From positions 104,596,001 through 104,660,000 of the forward strand of contig NC_058373.1 in NCBI RefSeq assembly GCF_018350175.1: DNA of 64,000 nucleotides. Direction: 5' to 3'. Shown here in pieces: positions 50,139 through 62,085 of the stretch (its first letter is position 1; every line of letters begins with the position of its first letter). The DNA comes from Felis catus (taxonomy: Eukaryota). A program made the translations under genes and the position numbers. The notes below the pieces were generated by a model, which was not told the DNA's origin, made no database searches, and was given only the letters and a program-made list of their open reading frames with translations.

Positions 50139-52864
50139 GGGTTTTTCTGTTTGCTTCACGTACACCAAAATGCTTTCTTCATTTTATTCAGTAAGAGATA
50201 TGGATACATTTTAAGAATAAAATTTGTCTTCCCAACTTAGACTACAAGTTCTACTCTTCAAGTGAAACTATTTCTAAGAGAATGTACTGAGAATTCAATT
50301 TTTGGTGTAAGAGGATTCAATGATGTTCTCAAAACCATTCTGTGAACAGGAAGGTTCATGGTACCATAAGCAGTAAAGTATCCTGGGGGAGGGAATTCAC
50401 AAAGTCAATTTCTTATTTTTGGTCTTCAACATTCACGGATTCACTAACCAATCCCTCATGAATCCCTCCTTCAAGTCTATATTCTCAAAAAAAACTTCCT
50501 AGAGGAAACCCTCAAAATCAATGGCCAATCACAATTTTTCCCCATTTTCTTGGGTTTGGAATTACCATAAATTCCACATAATGTGAGAGGAAAAAAGAAA
50601 CAAATATCCCAACCATGGAGTAAACTTCTAGAAGAGTCAACCTTAGTTCTCATTTTTCAGTTGCTCTAAAGAATCCTGTTTGTGAGGAAATTCCAGAAAA
50701 CATTACCTGCGACTTCAGAGAGCAGAGCAGCTAACCCATCCCAAAAATACTGGCATCAGCCCTAATACTTAAGAACAACCCATATAGCCTTTCCTAATAA
50801 GCCATTTTGCTGCTCTGCGTCAGTACCTTGTGGATAGACTCTAGCACTCCTATTGGGCTTCCGTTAGCAAGAACGGTCATGGGCCCAACTCACCCAAGGG
50901 GCCAGGGACGCATCCTTTTCATAACATAATTTTTTCGAGCTCAGCCATTGGACCTAATGTGCATGTTTTCCTTGAAGCTGTCCCCATGCAAACCAGGTGA
51001 ATTTATTCTCTAAAGAATACATGCCAGAATGTTAAACATACTTCCACAGAAATACAAGATTGGGTTCTGAATCTGTGCAGATGCAATCAGCCCAAACTTC
51101 CTAAAATAATTGCATAACTTCAGTGTCCCACATCCATCATGTTACCTATTTCTTTTAACATTTAGTGAATGGAAACTGCCTTTCTCATTTTGGAAGGTGA
51201 TTTCATGGATTCGAGTAAGAAACATCATTTCTGAACAAAGGCTACACAGAACCATAAAGGCAGGCATTCAACCAGAAACACTAAGTCAGTGCTGGAAGGG
51301 TCATGTCAGCACCCACTGCAGGGCCCTTAGGAAAAGTATGGGAAATTGGACAAAGGATACTTAATATAATGTTGCCTGGGTGCTTCGAGATTCTCTAACA
51401 GTGCTTCAAGTCACGTTTTGAGAGAAATGAAAATGAATTTTCTGCCCCTTCCTTTATAAGACCCGATGTAATGTAAGTTTTAAATGGATTTTGACTACAA
51501 TTTCCCAGAGCCCGAGGGTAAGTCTTTTTTTAAAAAAGAGCAGCCATATTTTTGATATTTTACCGATCCATTGCATTAATCATTTACAAACACCATCTGC
51601 CTCCTTTGTGAAGGGCCCCAGTTCTGAATTTAGAAGACAGAGTACGACCAAAAAACCCAAAGAAACAAAAATTACTCTATAAAAACTCTAACCCAGCGAT
51701 AAGTTCTATAGACAGCAGAGGGGGGTCCCAGGTGATCCATTTAGAACAATGAAATGGAAGCCAGCACTACTGAATGAACAGTCTATTAAAATGCCTCTCA
51801 TCAGTGGCACGGAAGTGCACTTCTGAGAGCAATTCGGAGGGAAGGGCACCGGGGTCACGAGGCTCTTCCTGTCTGATGAGTGTGGCAGAGCAAGTGTAAA
51901 ATGACAGGACATCGGTCTGTCTGATTACCGCGCAATTGTGGTCTTTGGCCAACTTGCAGCATCGGGGGCTGTTGGGCGGCAGTGAAGGTAAAGTTGAAGG
52001 ATGTTGGGCAGGCCTTGTTTTGCTTTTACGTTGAAGAAGCCAGAAATATCATTGAGATGAGGGTCACCTCAAAACTGGTGACCAAAATTCCCAGAACAAC
52101 ATATAAAAGGAAGCATTCTGAGGGGTGGGAAAAAGGCCAAAGCAGGGTTTAAGCTCTTGGGTTATCTTTCCACCTTCATGGCCTCTGTCTTGTGAGCTCC
52201 CCAAGCACCCCAAGATGTGAAGTGAGGGAATCTCTGGCCCCAGGAAGGGCTAATGGGAAGAGGGTTCGCATATATGTGACTTGCAAGGACTGTCACGTCA
52301 AATCTCACAGGCGCTTTTCTTCATGAATATGGGTCCTGGTACATGTTTTAACCCAGTAAATGCTTGGAACTTTCAGGGCAACTTATTACCCTGTAAGTGC
52401 AGTATAGGATAGAGAAATCTAGTTGGTACATCTATCTTGGTGCCCTTAAAAACCATGGTAGGGACTGATGCCGATAGATTCTGATTTATCTTGCCCACTC
52501 AGGGGACAGAGTTTCTTCAAATTTCTCAATATGGGAAACAGAGGCAGGAATACTTCAACAAGCTCAAAGCCTAACTGCTTAATTTTACATTTCAAATCAG
52601 GCTTTCCCCCATAGGTTCCCCACAAGTCATTCCACATCTCATAAACAATTCCAGTGTTATTTCAAGGCCTCTGACTGCTTTCATGGCATAGATGGAGTCT
52701 TCTGGAGAGTGTAATTTCACCTCATATTCTTCTAATGGCTTTTTTCCTAGCTTCAGTTCCCTTAAGCCTAAGTCTCCCCTCACTCGGCACTTAGTAATTG
52801 TAAACTGACCTGACTGGAAATGTCACTACACCCACTTCATCTCCATTGTGTTCCTACCCTGCAG

Positions 52865-52918
52865 ATCCAGTTAATAACTATGGAGATGAATTTCTAGCGT
52901 GGAGGTTCAAATCCCTTC
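52865..52918 (+). other. Candidate 54-nt exon (unverified)
   Basis: ctccattgtgttcctaccctgcag|ATCC...CTTC|gtaagt; one open frame (PVNNYGDEFLAWRFKSL); product not recognised. Confidence 0.25.
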
Positions 52919-52959
52919 GTAAGTGGGGTTGAAAATATTCCTCCCAGCTCACAACTCAC

Positions 52960-53049
52960 TTCGGGCCACAGGCGCTACAATGGAAGCTGTAATGGAATCT
53001 CACAAATACGACAGTAACACGTATGAGGAAACTAGTGGGGCGATATTTC
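52960..53049 (-). other. Candidate 90-nt exon (unverified)
   Basis: Minus strand aactaac branch point, cttctgccttccattctgtgttgacag|GAAA...CCGAA|gtgagt; product not recognised. Confidence 0.35.
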
Positions 53050-53324
53050 CTGTCAACACAGAATGGAAGGCAGAAGGTTAGTTCTGTATACATAAAGTCT
53101 GCTACCCACTGTTTCTCTGAAGTTACAGGTTGTCACTTTAGAGCATTGTCCAATATTTTTTAAATTGTGTAATTAGGTTTTTCTAGATGCATCTGTGCTT
53201 CATAGTATGTTCTCATAATTAATTTCACTTTGCAGAGCATTTGTTATATTTTGCTTTATATCCCCTTTACAATTGCTATCCTTCCCTGTGTCTCTGTGTA
53301 TAATTACACAGAAATAGGAAAACT

Positions 53325-53535
53325 GGGGTGCCTGGGTGGCTCAGTTGGTTAAGAGTCCACCTCCTGATTTCAGCTCAGGTCATGATCTCACAGTTCATGA
53401 GATAGAGCCCCACATCAGGCTCTGCACTGACAGCATGGAGCATGCTTGGGATTCTCTCTCTCCCTCTCTGCCCCTCTCCCACTCGTGCACATTCCCTCTC
53501 TCTCTCTCTCTCTTTCAAAATAAATAAATAAACAT
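53325..53535 (+). mobile_element. Can-SINE
   Basis: ggggtgcctgggtggctcagttggttaag; TSD gaaataggaaaa. Confidence 0.95.
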
Positions 53536-53603
53536 TTTTTTTAGTTCTAAGAAAAAGGAAATAGGAAAAGCTATCTGTGAAACAACAGCCAAAAAAATAC
53601 ACC

Positions 53604-53810
53604 GGGGGTACCTGGGTGGCTCAATCAGTTAAGCGTCTGACTTTGGCACAGGTCATGATCTCATGGTTCATGAATTCAAGCCCCACATCAGGCTCTGTGC
53701 TGACAGTGCAGAGCCTGCCTGGGATTCTCTCTCTCTCCCTCCCTCTGCCCCTCCCCACTTGTTCTCTCCCTCCCTCTCCCCAACCCCCCCCCTCAAAATA
53801 AATAAACTTA
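53604..53810 (+). mobile_element. Can-SINE
   Basis: ggggtacctgggtggctcaatcagttaagcg; flanked by aaaaaaata(c/t)ac. Confidence 0.95.
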
Positions 53811-53825
53811 AAAAAATATACTTGA

Positions 53826-54022
53826 GGGGCACCTGGGTGGCTCAGTTGGTTAAGAGTCCGACTTCAGCTCAGTCATGATCTCACGGTTCATGAGTTTGAG
53901 CCCCACATGGGGCTCTGTGCTGACAACTCAGAGCCTGGAGCCTGCTTCGGATTCTTTGTCTCCCTCTGTCTCTTTCCCTCCCTCATTCATGGTGTCTCTC
54001 TCTCTCTCAAAAATAATTTTTT
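53826..54022 (+). mobile_element. Can-SINE (SINEC_Fc2-like)
   Basis: ggggcacctgggtggctcagttggttaag; TSD aaata(t/c)acttga. Confidence 0.95.
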
Positions 54023-54302
54023 TTAAATACACTTGAGGTTCATGTAATATGTTGTATTACACACGCTCTTAGCCACTTTATCACCACAGGAGGCAAAATG
54101 CCAAACTGAATTGGCAGGAGGGGGGACATTTTTTTCAAATTTTCTCTTCCAGATCATGGAAGTCAATGTAATATTCAAGGTCAAACCCAAGGAATAATAA
54201 AAAAAATATAGTGAAACCAGTGAAACCAGACTATTTGCTGCTTCCCCGAAGAAAACTGTTTCCCTTGAAGACAATTCTGCATATTAAAATATGTCAACTA
54301 GG

Positions 54303-54527
54303 TTTTTTTTCTTGTTTAATATCTTCTAATGTTTACTTATTTTGAGGCAGAGAGACAGTGTGAGAAGGGGAGGGGCAGAGAGAGAGAGGGAGATACAGAA
54401 TCCAAAGAAGGCTCCAGGCTCCAAGCTGACAGTACAGAGCCCGATGTGGGACTCGAACTCATGAACTGCAAGATCATGACCTGAGCCAAAGTCGGACACT
54501 TAACTGACTGAGCCACCCAGGTACCCC
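54303..54527 (-). mobile_element. Can-SINE (SINEC_Fc2-like)
   Basis: Reverse SINE ending gagccacccaggtacccc; TSD tcaactaggtttt / tcaacaaggtttt. Confidence 0.95.
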
Positions 54528-54944
54528 AATATCAACAAGGTTTTAGTGAGCACTCACTGTGTGCTAGGCATGTGTTATCCACATAACCATAAATAGCTCA
54601 CCATCCCTACAAGGAAGTTATTATTGAACCCATTTTATGGAGGTGGCAACAGGCATCATCCTGTTGAAGTCTTACAGTTAGTATCAGACAAAGCCAGTAA
54701 ACTGTAAAATCACAGTTTGTATGAAACAAAGCCAGAGTTCATGGCCGGGTCCATCTGCCATCAAGGTTTGTGCTTTTCCTGTCTGCTACAGTTAAGGGGC
54801 ATCTTCTATTGGGAAAGCCAGCCTAGTGTATTTGGCTATAATTTTTCCACCATAGATGGAAAAAAATGACCTCTTAAGGACTAAACGATCATACATATTG
54901 GCATCAAAGATTAATGAAAGGACCAGAAATCTTCAAGATATCAG

Positions 54945-55170
54945 AATTCAGAGTATTGGGTTTTGAATTCCTGTTTCACCACTTACTAGCTAGATAACCT
55001 CGAACAAATTACATTATTTCTGGCAACCAAACTTTCCTCACCTATTAATTAGAGATAAAATGGGCTCCTTGCCTCATAGGGTTGTTATGAGAATTTAAAT
55101 GAGATGATGTATGTTTATCACAGTGCGTGGCATTTCATAAGTGCTCAGTAAGTGTTAATTGCTAATATTT
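54945..55170 (+). mobile_element. MIR SINE
   Basis: ggttttgaattcctgtttcaccacttactagct...cctcatagggttgttatgagaatttaaatgagatgatgtatg...aagtgctcagtaagtgtta. Confidence 0.85.
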
Positions 55171-56649
55171 TCATTAAATGTGATCATATCCTTCCCCAGT
55201 CACTTTGTATGTACAGATACAACTTAAGATATTTGCCACATCGGATGAATGGAAAAATAGTAAAATCTTGGCAAACAAACTTTGATGTTTTGTCTATGAC
55301 TTTCATGCATGTGTTCAGCCCTCAAGCTTCTTTTAGATAATCTAAAAGAAGCTCAAAAGACTTGATTCATTTCGGAAGCATTCATGGAGGCCCCAGAGGT
55401 ATGTAAAGAAAAAAGGATTTAAGAGCTTGCTTCCATGTTTACCCCCAATGACCAAACTGACCACAGTGACGTTATCAGAATTTCCGGCTAATTTTACACA
55501 TCTGAGTCATTTAACAAATGTGGCCATGTGGTGATTCAATATAATAAAAAAAAAAATCCCAAATCAGCCGTGACACAGCATTATAGATTCCATCAGAAAA
55601 ATCGGCTACAAGAAAGCCACTCAGAAATCCAACGGACTAGATAGATGGCACTAGATGGAAAAAACCAAATCTCACCCCTTTGAAAAAGGAACATAAGGAA
55701 ATAAGAGGTTGATTTCTAAACAGAATTCGTGAATGAAAGTGATACACAAATTATAGCATAAAAATATTTCTGCTGTGAACTTATGAAAAACTATAAAATT
55801 AATAATACAAATATTTAACTTTTAATTTCTACAGAGCAGGATTTCTCCAGCCCTGTTTTGCAGGTCTTCATATCTGGCAAATGGTCATCTTTTGTTATTT
55901 TTATGTGGTTCATGAACCTATTCTTGATCACCTTAGCACAGAATAAACTGCTGCTAATTCTGATCTGTGAATTTCACTTTTGATGTATCTTTTTTTCAGT
56001 TGAAATTAGAAGTGATTACAAATATTATTAAGATGAAAAGGATGCACTTCTATCTAGGCAACTTGTTTCAGATTGACGTCGATGTAACATATCAAAATCA
56101 TATACACACAAGCATCAAGAACAGAATAGTTCATGGAAAGAACTTCTCAGGGAGCATAAGACAACCAACTGAATTTCGATTCTTCCTCCCAAATATGTTT
56201 TTTAAAAAATTTTTCATGTAAATAGTTTCATTCTAAAGCACCATATGTGCAGAATGAAACAGGCAGACACAGCTGGCTCCTGGCCATAGCAGATGGAAGG
56301 AAACCAATAAAGCAGTTAAGCATCAAGCTGAAGGGCTCGCACGCACACCCAGACTCTTAATAAATATCATCTGATGTTGATGAAGTACTTGGTTTCACAG
56401 GGAAGCTCAGATGATAGGGGGCAAAAATGAAATTATTAACAACTTTATAAACACTGACAAGGTGGATGTGTTCTTGCTGCTCAGTTAAAAAATGGAAGCA
56501 CATTAACGTGCACGGGCACACACACGATTCATCTCAAACTTCCTAATTTTGTGACTTCTTCCTGCACAGAGGGCTTTGAGAACTATGCCCAAATTTCCAC
56601 ACCAAATGCTTTGCTATACCCTCCCAGCGACTTCAAGGACTCACAAAAA

Positions 56650-56854
56650 CATTTTTTAAAACGTTTACTTATTTTTGAGAGACAGAGAGAGTGCAAGAAA
56701 GGACCAGACACAGTGGGGCACAGAGGATCCAAAGTGGGCTCTACCACAACAGCAGAGAGCTGGACGCAGGGCTTGAACTCACAAAGAACTGTGAGATCAT
56801 GACCCGACCCGTGCCAAAGTCAGACGCTTAACTGACAGAGCCACCCAGGAGCCC
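56650..56854 (-). mobile_element. Can-SINE (diverged)
   Basis: gtttacttatttttgagagacagagag...gtcagacgcttaactgacagagccacccaggagccc. Confidence 0.92.
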
Positions 56855-57489
56855 TGAGACCATTTTTAAAAGGCATCCTGAACTAAGAGGTTGTCAACCT
56901 GGCATGCAGATCTGTGACTCAGGCAGAGACCAGCAGTCCCAGGCTTTGTCATCCCCGTCAGGGGAGGATGGACACTCACTCTCTGCTGGGCGACTTGCTG
57001 GTGGGACTCCTTCATGCCCCCCTTGCCCCAGGTAATGTACTATCTGGTTTTAGTCTTTCTAATGTGGGCAGGCCAGCTGAACTCCTCCCATGAAGTGGCA
57101 CTGTGGACTGGCATAAAATGAAATAGGATATATGGGCCAAAAAGGAAAAGGAACTTTAGAATGTCCTGCTCCCCACCCTGCACATTAGAATATATTGTCA
57201 CTGACGAGCTGTGTGTTCTTATGCAACTCACTTACCCCTTTGGATTTCAGTTTCCTAACCTGCGGAATGATAAAACTGTAACTCTAAGGCACCTTTCAAC
57301 TCAAACACTCCATGACAAGTAGCTGTGAAGTATTCCATGCCCATAAAACTTATGTAAGGCTATCTGGGAAGAAGAGTCTGTGATGAAAAGGCATTTAAAA
57401 TGCACAGAAAAGACCAGTTGCCTTATAAAAATGGAAACCAATAGAGTAAAAAAAAAAAATCTAAGCCCCAAACATAACTTGTTGAACAA

Positions 57490-57930
57490 CTGCGTGGTAA
57501 ACAGAATTACTGGTTTCAATTTGTCACTCTCCTGTATGTGGTATATGTCCTTGCCATGTATTATATACTGACAGCATATGGAATGTACTTCTCTATGCCT
57601 TGACCTTTGACTTGGCCATGTGACATGCTTTTGTCAATGGGATATTAGTGAACGTAATACAGAGACTTAAAATGTGCCTGTGCACTGGGGTTGCCCCCCT
57701 GAGCATCTGCCATCGCCATAGGGAAAACATACCACAGGAGTCACTGCCCATTCCACCTAAACCCCAGAAGAGACTCGTGGAGCAGTCCTAAATAGGCCTA
57801 TAGCCTGAAGCCAGCTGAGTCCAGGTAAACATCGCAGACCCATGGGCAAGAAAAAAAGTACTTTTGTTGTAAGCCACTGGGATTTTGAGGTTATTACATA
57901 GCATGATTGCAAGAAAAGGTGACTGATAAA
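57490..57930 (+). mobile_element. MaLR LTR (MLT1 family)
   Basis: ttgacttggccatgtgacatgcttt...ttgttgtaagccactgggattttgagg...gtgactgata. Confidence 0.85.
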
Positions 57931-58380
57931 CCCTGCAAGGAATTAACAGAGGGAGTGTGCAGAAAATGTCTAGAGAACATGAGAAGATAAGCACCTATCT
58001 ATGGAGTTTCTATATAAATATCTATCTAGGTTCTCTATCAGAGCACCTACAAAGATGTGCACTCAACGTGGTCACAAGTTTGTGAAGACGACAGGGATGT
58101 CCATTTGAAAACTGCATACAAATTACAAAAGGATCTTCTACTCTCAATTTAAAACAAACATAATTTATAGACATAAAAGGTTAGCTTGATAACAGAATTA
58201 GATCTTTATTGGGCAAGTGCTAAAAATTATGGAAAAATCTCAAAGTTCCCAAAACTTCATTTACGATATTGGTCTTCACAAACTACCACCGACTGTCTTT
58301 TTGCATTGCCTGCAGCCTGGGGATGCTGCAGATGTTTGCCACCATAAGCCACATACCTTTTGTCCCTTTGCAAATGGACT

Positions 58381-59388
58381 TTTATTTTTTAATTTTTAAA
58401 AATTGAGATATCATGGCCATATAACATAAGTTGAAGGCATGCATGTTGGTTTGACACATTTATATATTGCAATATGATTACCACCTAAGCATTAGCTAAC
58501 ATTTCTAAATATTACATAATTATCATTTCTTTTTTGTGGTGAGAACAATTAACTAACATCTAGTCTCTTAGCAACTTGGAAGTTTAAATACAGTATTGTT
58601 GACTATAATCACTATGCTGTGCATTAGGTCTCCAGAAAGTATTCACCTTCTAGTTGCAAGTTTGTACCCTCTGACCAAAACCTCCCCAGTTTCCCCACCC
58701 GCCAGCCTCTGGTAACCACCATTTTACTCTCTTTTCAGAGCTATGGCTTTTTTTCGATTCCACATGTAAGCGATATCATACATCATTTGTTTTTCTCTGA
58801 CTTATCTCACTTAGCATAATGCCCTCAAGGTCCACCTATGTTGGTGCAAATGGTAGGACTTCCTTCTTTGTCATGGCTAAATTAGAGTCATTGTATATAT
58901 GTATCACATCTTTATCCACTCACCCATTGTCAGACACTTAGTTTGTTTCCATATCATAGCTATTGTAAATAATACTGTAATTAATATGAATATGCAGATA
59001 TCTCTTCAAGTTACTAATTTCAACCCCTTCTAGAAAGGGTAGAATTTCTGGATCATATGATAGCTCCAGTTTTGATTTTAAAGAAGCCTCCACACTGTTT
59101 TCCATGATGGTTGTTTTCCATCTTCCATTTCCGTTTCAATTTTACATTTCCATCAACAGTGCACAAGAGTTCACTTTTTTCCACATCCTCACCAGCATTT
59201 ATCTCTTGACTTTTTGACAACAGCCATACTAACAGATGTGAGATGGGATCTCATTGTGGTTTTGATTTGCATTTCCCTGATGATTGGCTATATCGGGAAT
59301 CTTTTCATAAGTGTGTTGGCCATCTGTATGTCTTCTTTGGGAAAATGTCTATCCAAGTCCTTTTCCCATTTTTAAATTGGGTTATTTG
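58381..59388 (-). mobile_element. Older LINE-1 3' end (part 1, interrupted)
   Basis: T-rich tail then antisense L1 3'UTR and ORF2 end: ctctggtaaccaccattttactct, gatctcattgtggttttgatttgcatttccctgatg. Confidence 0.93.
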
Positions 59389-60644
59389 TGGTTAAAAAAA
59401 AAAAACTGAGAGCTTTCCCTCTAAGATCATGAACAAGACAAGATGTTCACTCTCACCACTTTCAAGCAACAAAATATTGGCAGTTTGAGCCACAGCAACC
59501 AGACAAGAAAAAGAAATAAAAGGCATCCAAATTGGTATGGAAGAAGTAAAACTTTCACCATTTGCAGATGACATGATACTATATGTAGAAAACCCTAAAA
59601 AACTCCACCAAAAGCCACTAGAACTGATAAATGAATTCAGCAAAGTCACAGGATACAAAAAACAATGTATAGAAATCCATTGCATTTCTATACACTAATA
59701 ATGAAGTAGCAGAAAAAGAAATTAAGGAAACAATCCCATTTATAATTGCATCCAAAGTAATAAAACATCTAGGAGTAAATTTAACCAAGGAGGTGAAAGA
59801 CCTGTACTCTGAAAACTATACAACATTAATGAAAGAAATTGAAGACAACACAAACAAATGGGAAGATATTCCATACTCATGGATTGGAAGAACAAATATT
59901 GTTAAAATGTCCATATTACCCAAAGCAATCTACAGATTTAATGCAAGCCCTATCAAAATATCAACAGCATTTTTCACAAAATTAGAATACACAATCCTAA
60001 ATTTGTATGGAACCAAAAAAGACCCTAAATAGCCAAAGCAGTCTTGAAAAAGAAGACCAAAACTGGAGGAATTACAATCCTAGATATCGAGATATACTAC
60101 AAAGCTGTAGAAATCAAATTGGTATGGCAGTGGCACAAAAATAGACACATAGATCAATAGAACAGACTAGAGATCCCAGGAATAAACCCACAATCATATG
60201 GTCAATTAATCTTTAACAAAGGAGGCAAGAATATCCAATGGGAAAGACAGTCTCTTCAACAAAAGGTATTGGGGAAACTGGACAGCTACATGCAAAAGAA
60301 TGAAATTGGACCACTTTCTCACATAATACACATAAAAAAAACTTAAAATGGATTAAAGATTTAAATATGACACCTGAAACCATAAAAATCCTGGAAGAGA
60401 GCGTAGGTAATAATTTTCTTTGACACCGGCTGTAGCAACATTTTCCTAGATATGTCTCCTGAGGCAAGGGAAGCAGAAGCAAAAATAAATGTTTGTGACT
60501 ACATCAAAATATAAAGCTTCTGCGTAACTAAAGAAACAATGAACAAAAACTATAAGATAGCTACTAAATGGGAGAAGATAATTGCAAATGACATATTCAA
60601 GAAAGGATCAGTATCCAAGATATATAAAGAAGTTATATAACTCA

Positions 60645-60860
60645 GGGGCACCTGGGTGGCTCGGTCGGTTGGGTGTCCGACTTCAGCTCAGGTCATGATC
60701 TCACGGTCCGTGAGTTTGAGCCCCGCATCAGGCTCTGTGCTGACAGCTCTGAGCCTGAAGCCTGTTTCAGATTCTGTGTCTCCCTCTCTCTCTGACCCTC
60801 CCCCATTCATGCTCTGTCTCTCTCTGTCTCAAAAATAAATAAACATTAAAAAATTTTTTT
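60645..60860 (+). mobile_element. Can-SINE (SINEC_Fc2-like) inserted in L1 ORF2
   Basis: ggggcacctgggtggctcggtcgg; TSD aagttata(t/c)aactca. Confidence 0.96.
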
Positions 60861-61150
60861 AGAAAGTTATACAACTCAACATCAAATAAATAATTACTAA
60901 TTAATCTAATTTTAAAATGGACAGAAAACATTAACAGATATTTCTCTAAAGAAGACATACAGATGACCAAGAGACACATGAAAAGATGCTCAACATCACT
61001 ATCAATCAGGGAAATGCAAATCAAAACCACCATGAGGTATCACCCCATACCTGTCAGAATGGCTAAAATCAAAAACACAAGAAACAACAAGTGTTGGTGA
61101 GGCTGTAGAGAAAAAGGAACACTTGTGCACTGGCTGTGGGAATGCAAACT

Positions 61151-61270
61151 TTGTAGACACTGTGGCAAACAATATGAAGTTTCCTCAAAATTTCAAAATA
61201 GAATACCAAATTGTAGACACTGTGGCAAACAGTATGAAGTTTCCTCAAAATTTCAAAATAGAATACCAAA
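61151..61270 (+). repeat. 60-bp tandem duplication within L1
   Basis: 61151-61210 and 61211-61270 are identical at 59 of 60 positions. Confidence 0.97.
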
Positions 61271-61438
61271 TTTAAAATAGAATTACCATATAATCCACTA
61301 CTGGGTATTTACCCAAAGAATATGAAAACACTAATTCAAAAAGATATATACACCCCTATGTTTATGGCTACACTATTTACAAGAGCCAAATTATAGAAAT
61401 AACCCAAGTCTATTGGTAGATGAATGGATAAAGATGTG

Positions 61439-61440
<2 letters not shown>

Positions 61441-61488
<48 letters not shown>
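61441..61488. repeat. (CA)n microsatellite near the L1 ORF2 end
   Basis: About 24 units; an equivalent (CA)n lies at 32489-32517 in the other L1. Confidence 0.95.
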
Positions 61489-61490
<2 letters not shown>

Positions 61491-61876
61491 GGATATTACT
61501 CAGCCATTAAAAAGAATGAAATCTTGCCATTTGCAACAACATGGATGAGCATAACTCTAAGTGAAATAAGTGAGTCAGAGACAGACAAATACTGTATGAT
61601 TTTATTCACACATGAAATTTAAGAAACAAAACAAATAAAGAAAAAAAGAGACAAACCAAAAAACAGACTCTTAGCTATGGAGAACAAACTGATGGTTACC
61701 AGAGGAGAGGTGAGTGGGGGGATGGGTGAAATAGGTGATGGGGATTAAGAGTACACTTATTATAATAAGCGCTGAATAATGTATAGAATTGTTGAATCAC
61801 TATATTGTACACCTGAAACTAATATAACACTGTATGTTAACTATACTGGAATTAAAATTAAAAAATAATAATAAAA

Positions 61877-62060
61877 GGGGCACCTGGGTGACTCAGTCGG
61901 TTAAGCATCCAACTCTTGGTTTTGGCTCAGGTCATGATCTCACAGTTCCTGAGTTCAAGCCCCGCATCAGACTCTGTACTGGTGGTGCACAGCCTGCTTG
62001 GGATTCTCTCTCTCTCTGCCTCTCCCCCACTCATTCTCTCTAAATAAATAAATAAGCATT
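61877..62060 (+). mobile_element. Can-SINE inserted in the L1 poly(A) tail
   Basis: ggggcacctgggtgactcagtcggttaagc; flanked by aaaataataata repeats. Confidence 0.95.
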
Positions 62061-62085
62061 AAAATAATAATAATAAATTAACAAT

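Larger units (their letters stand above)
59395..62085 (+). mobile_element. 5'-truncated carnivore LINE-1 inserted into the older antisense L1
   Basis: Starts in RT (KLRAFPLRS), has FADDMILY at about 59560, runs to the 3'UTR and A-rich tail; TSD aaattgg(g/a)ttatttg at 59374-59388 and 62086-62100. Confidence 0.95.

Noticed and set aside
50894..50953. 60-nt minus-strand exon candidate (VQWLSSKKLCYEKDASLAPW) with a GTGAGT donor
   Set aside because: The acceptor lacks a polypyrimidine tract and the peptide is not recognised.
59374..59410. Strand switch between L1 segments as a twin-priming 5' inversion
   Set aside because: The minus-strand L1 resumes at 62101 after a 15-bp duplication and each L1 has its own 3' end, so it is a nested insertion.
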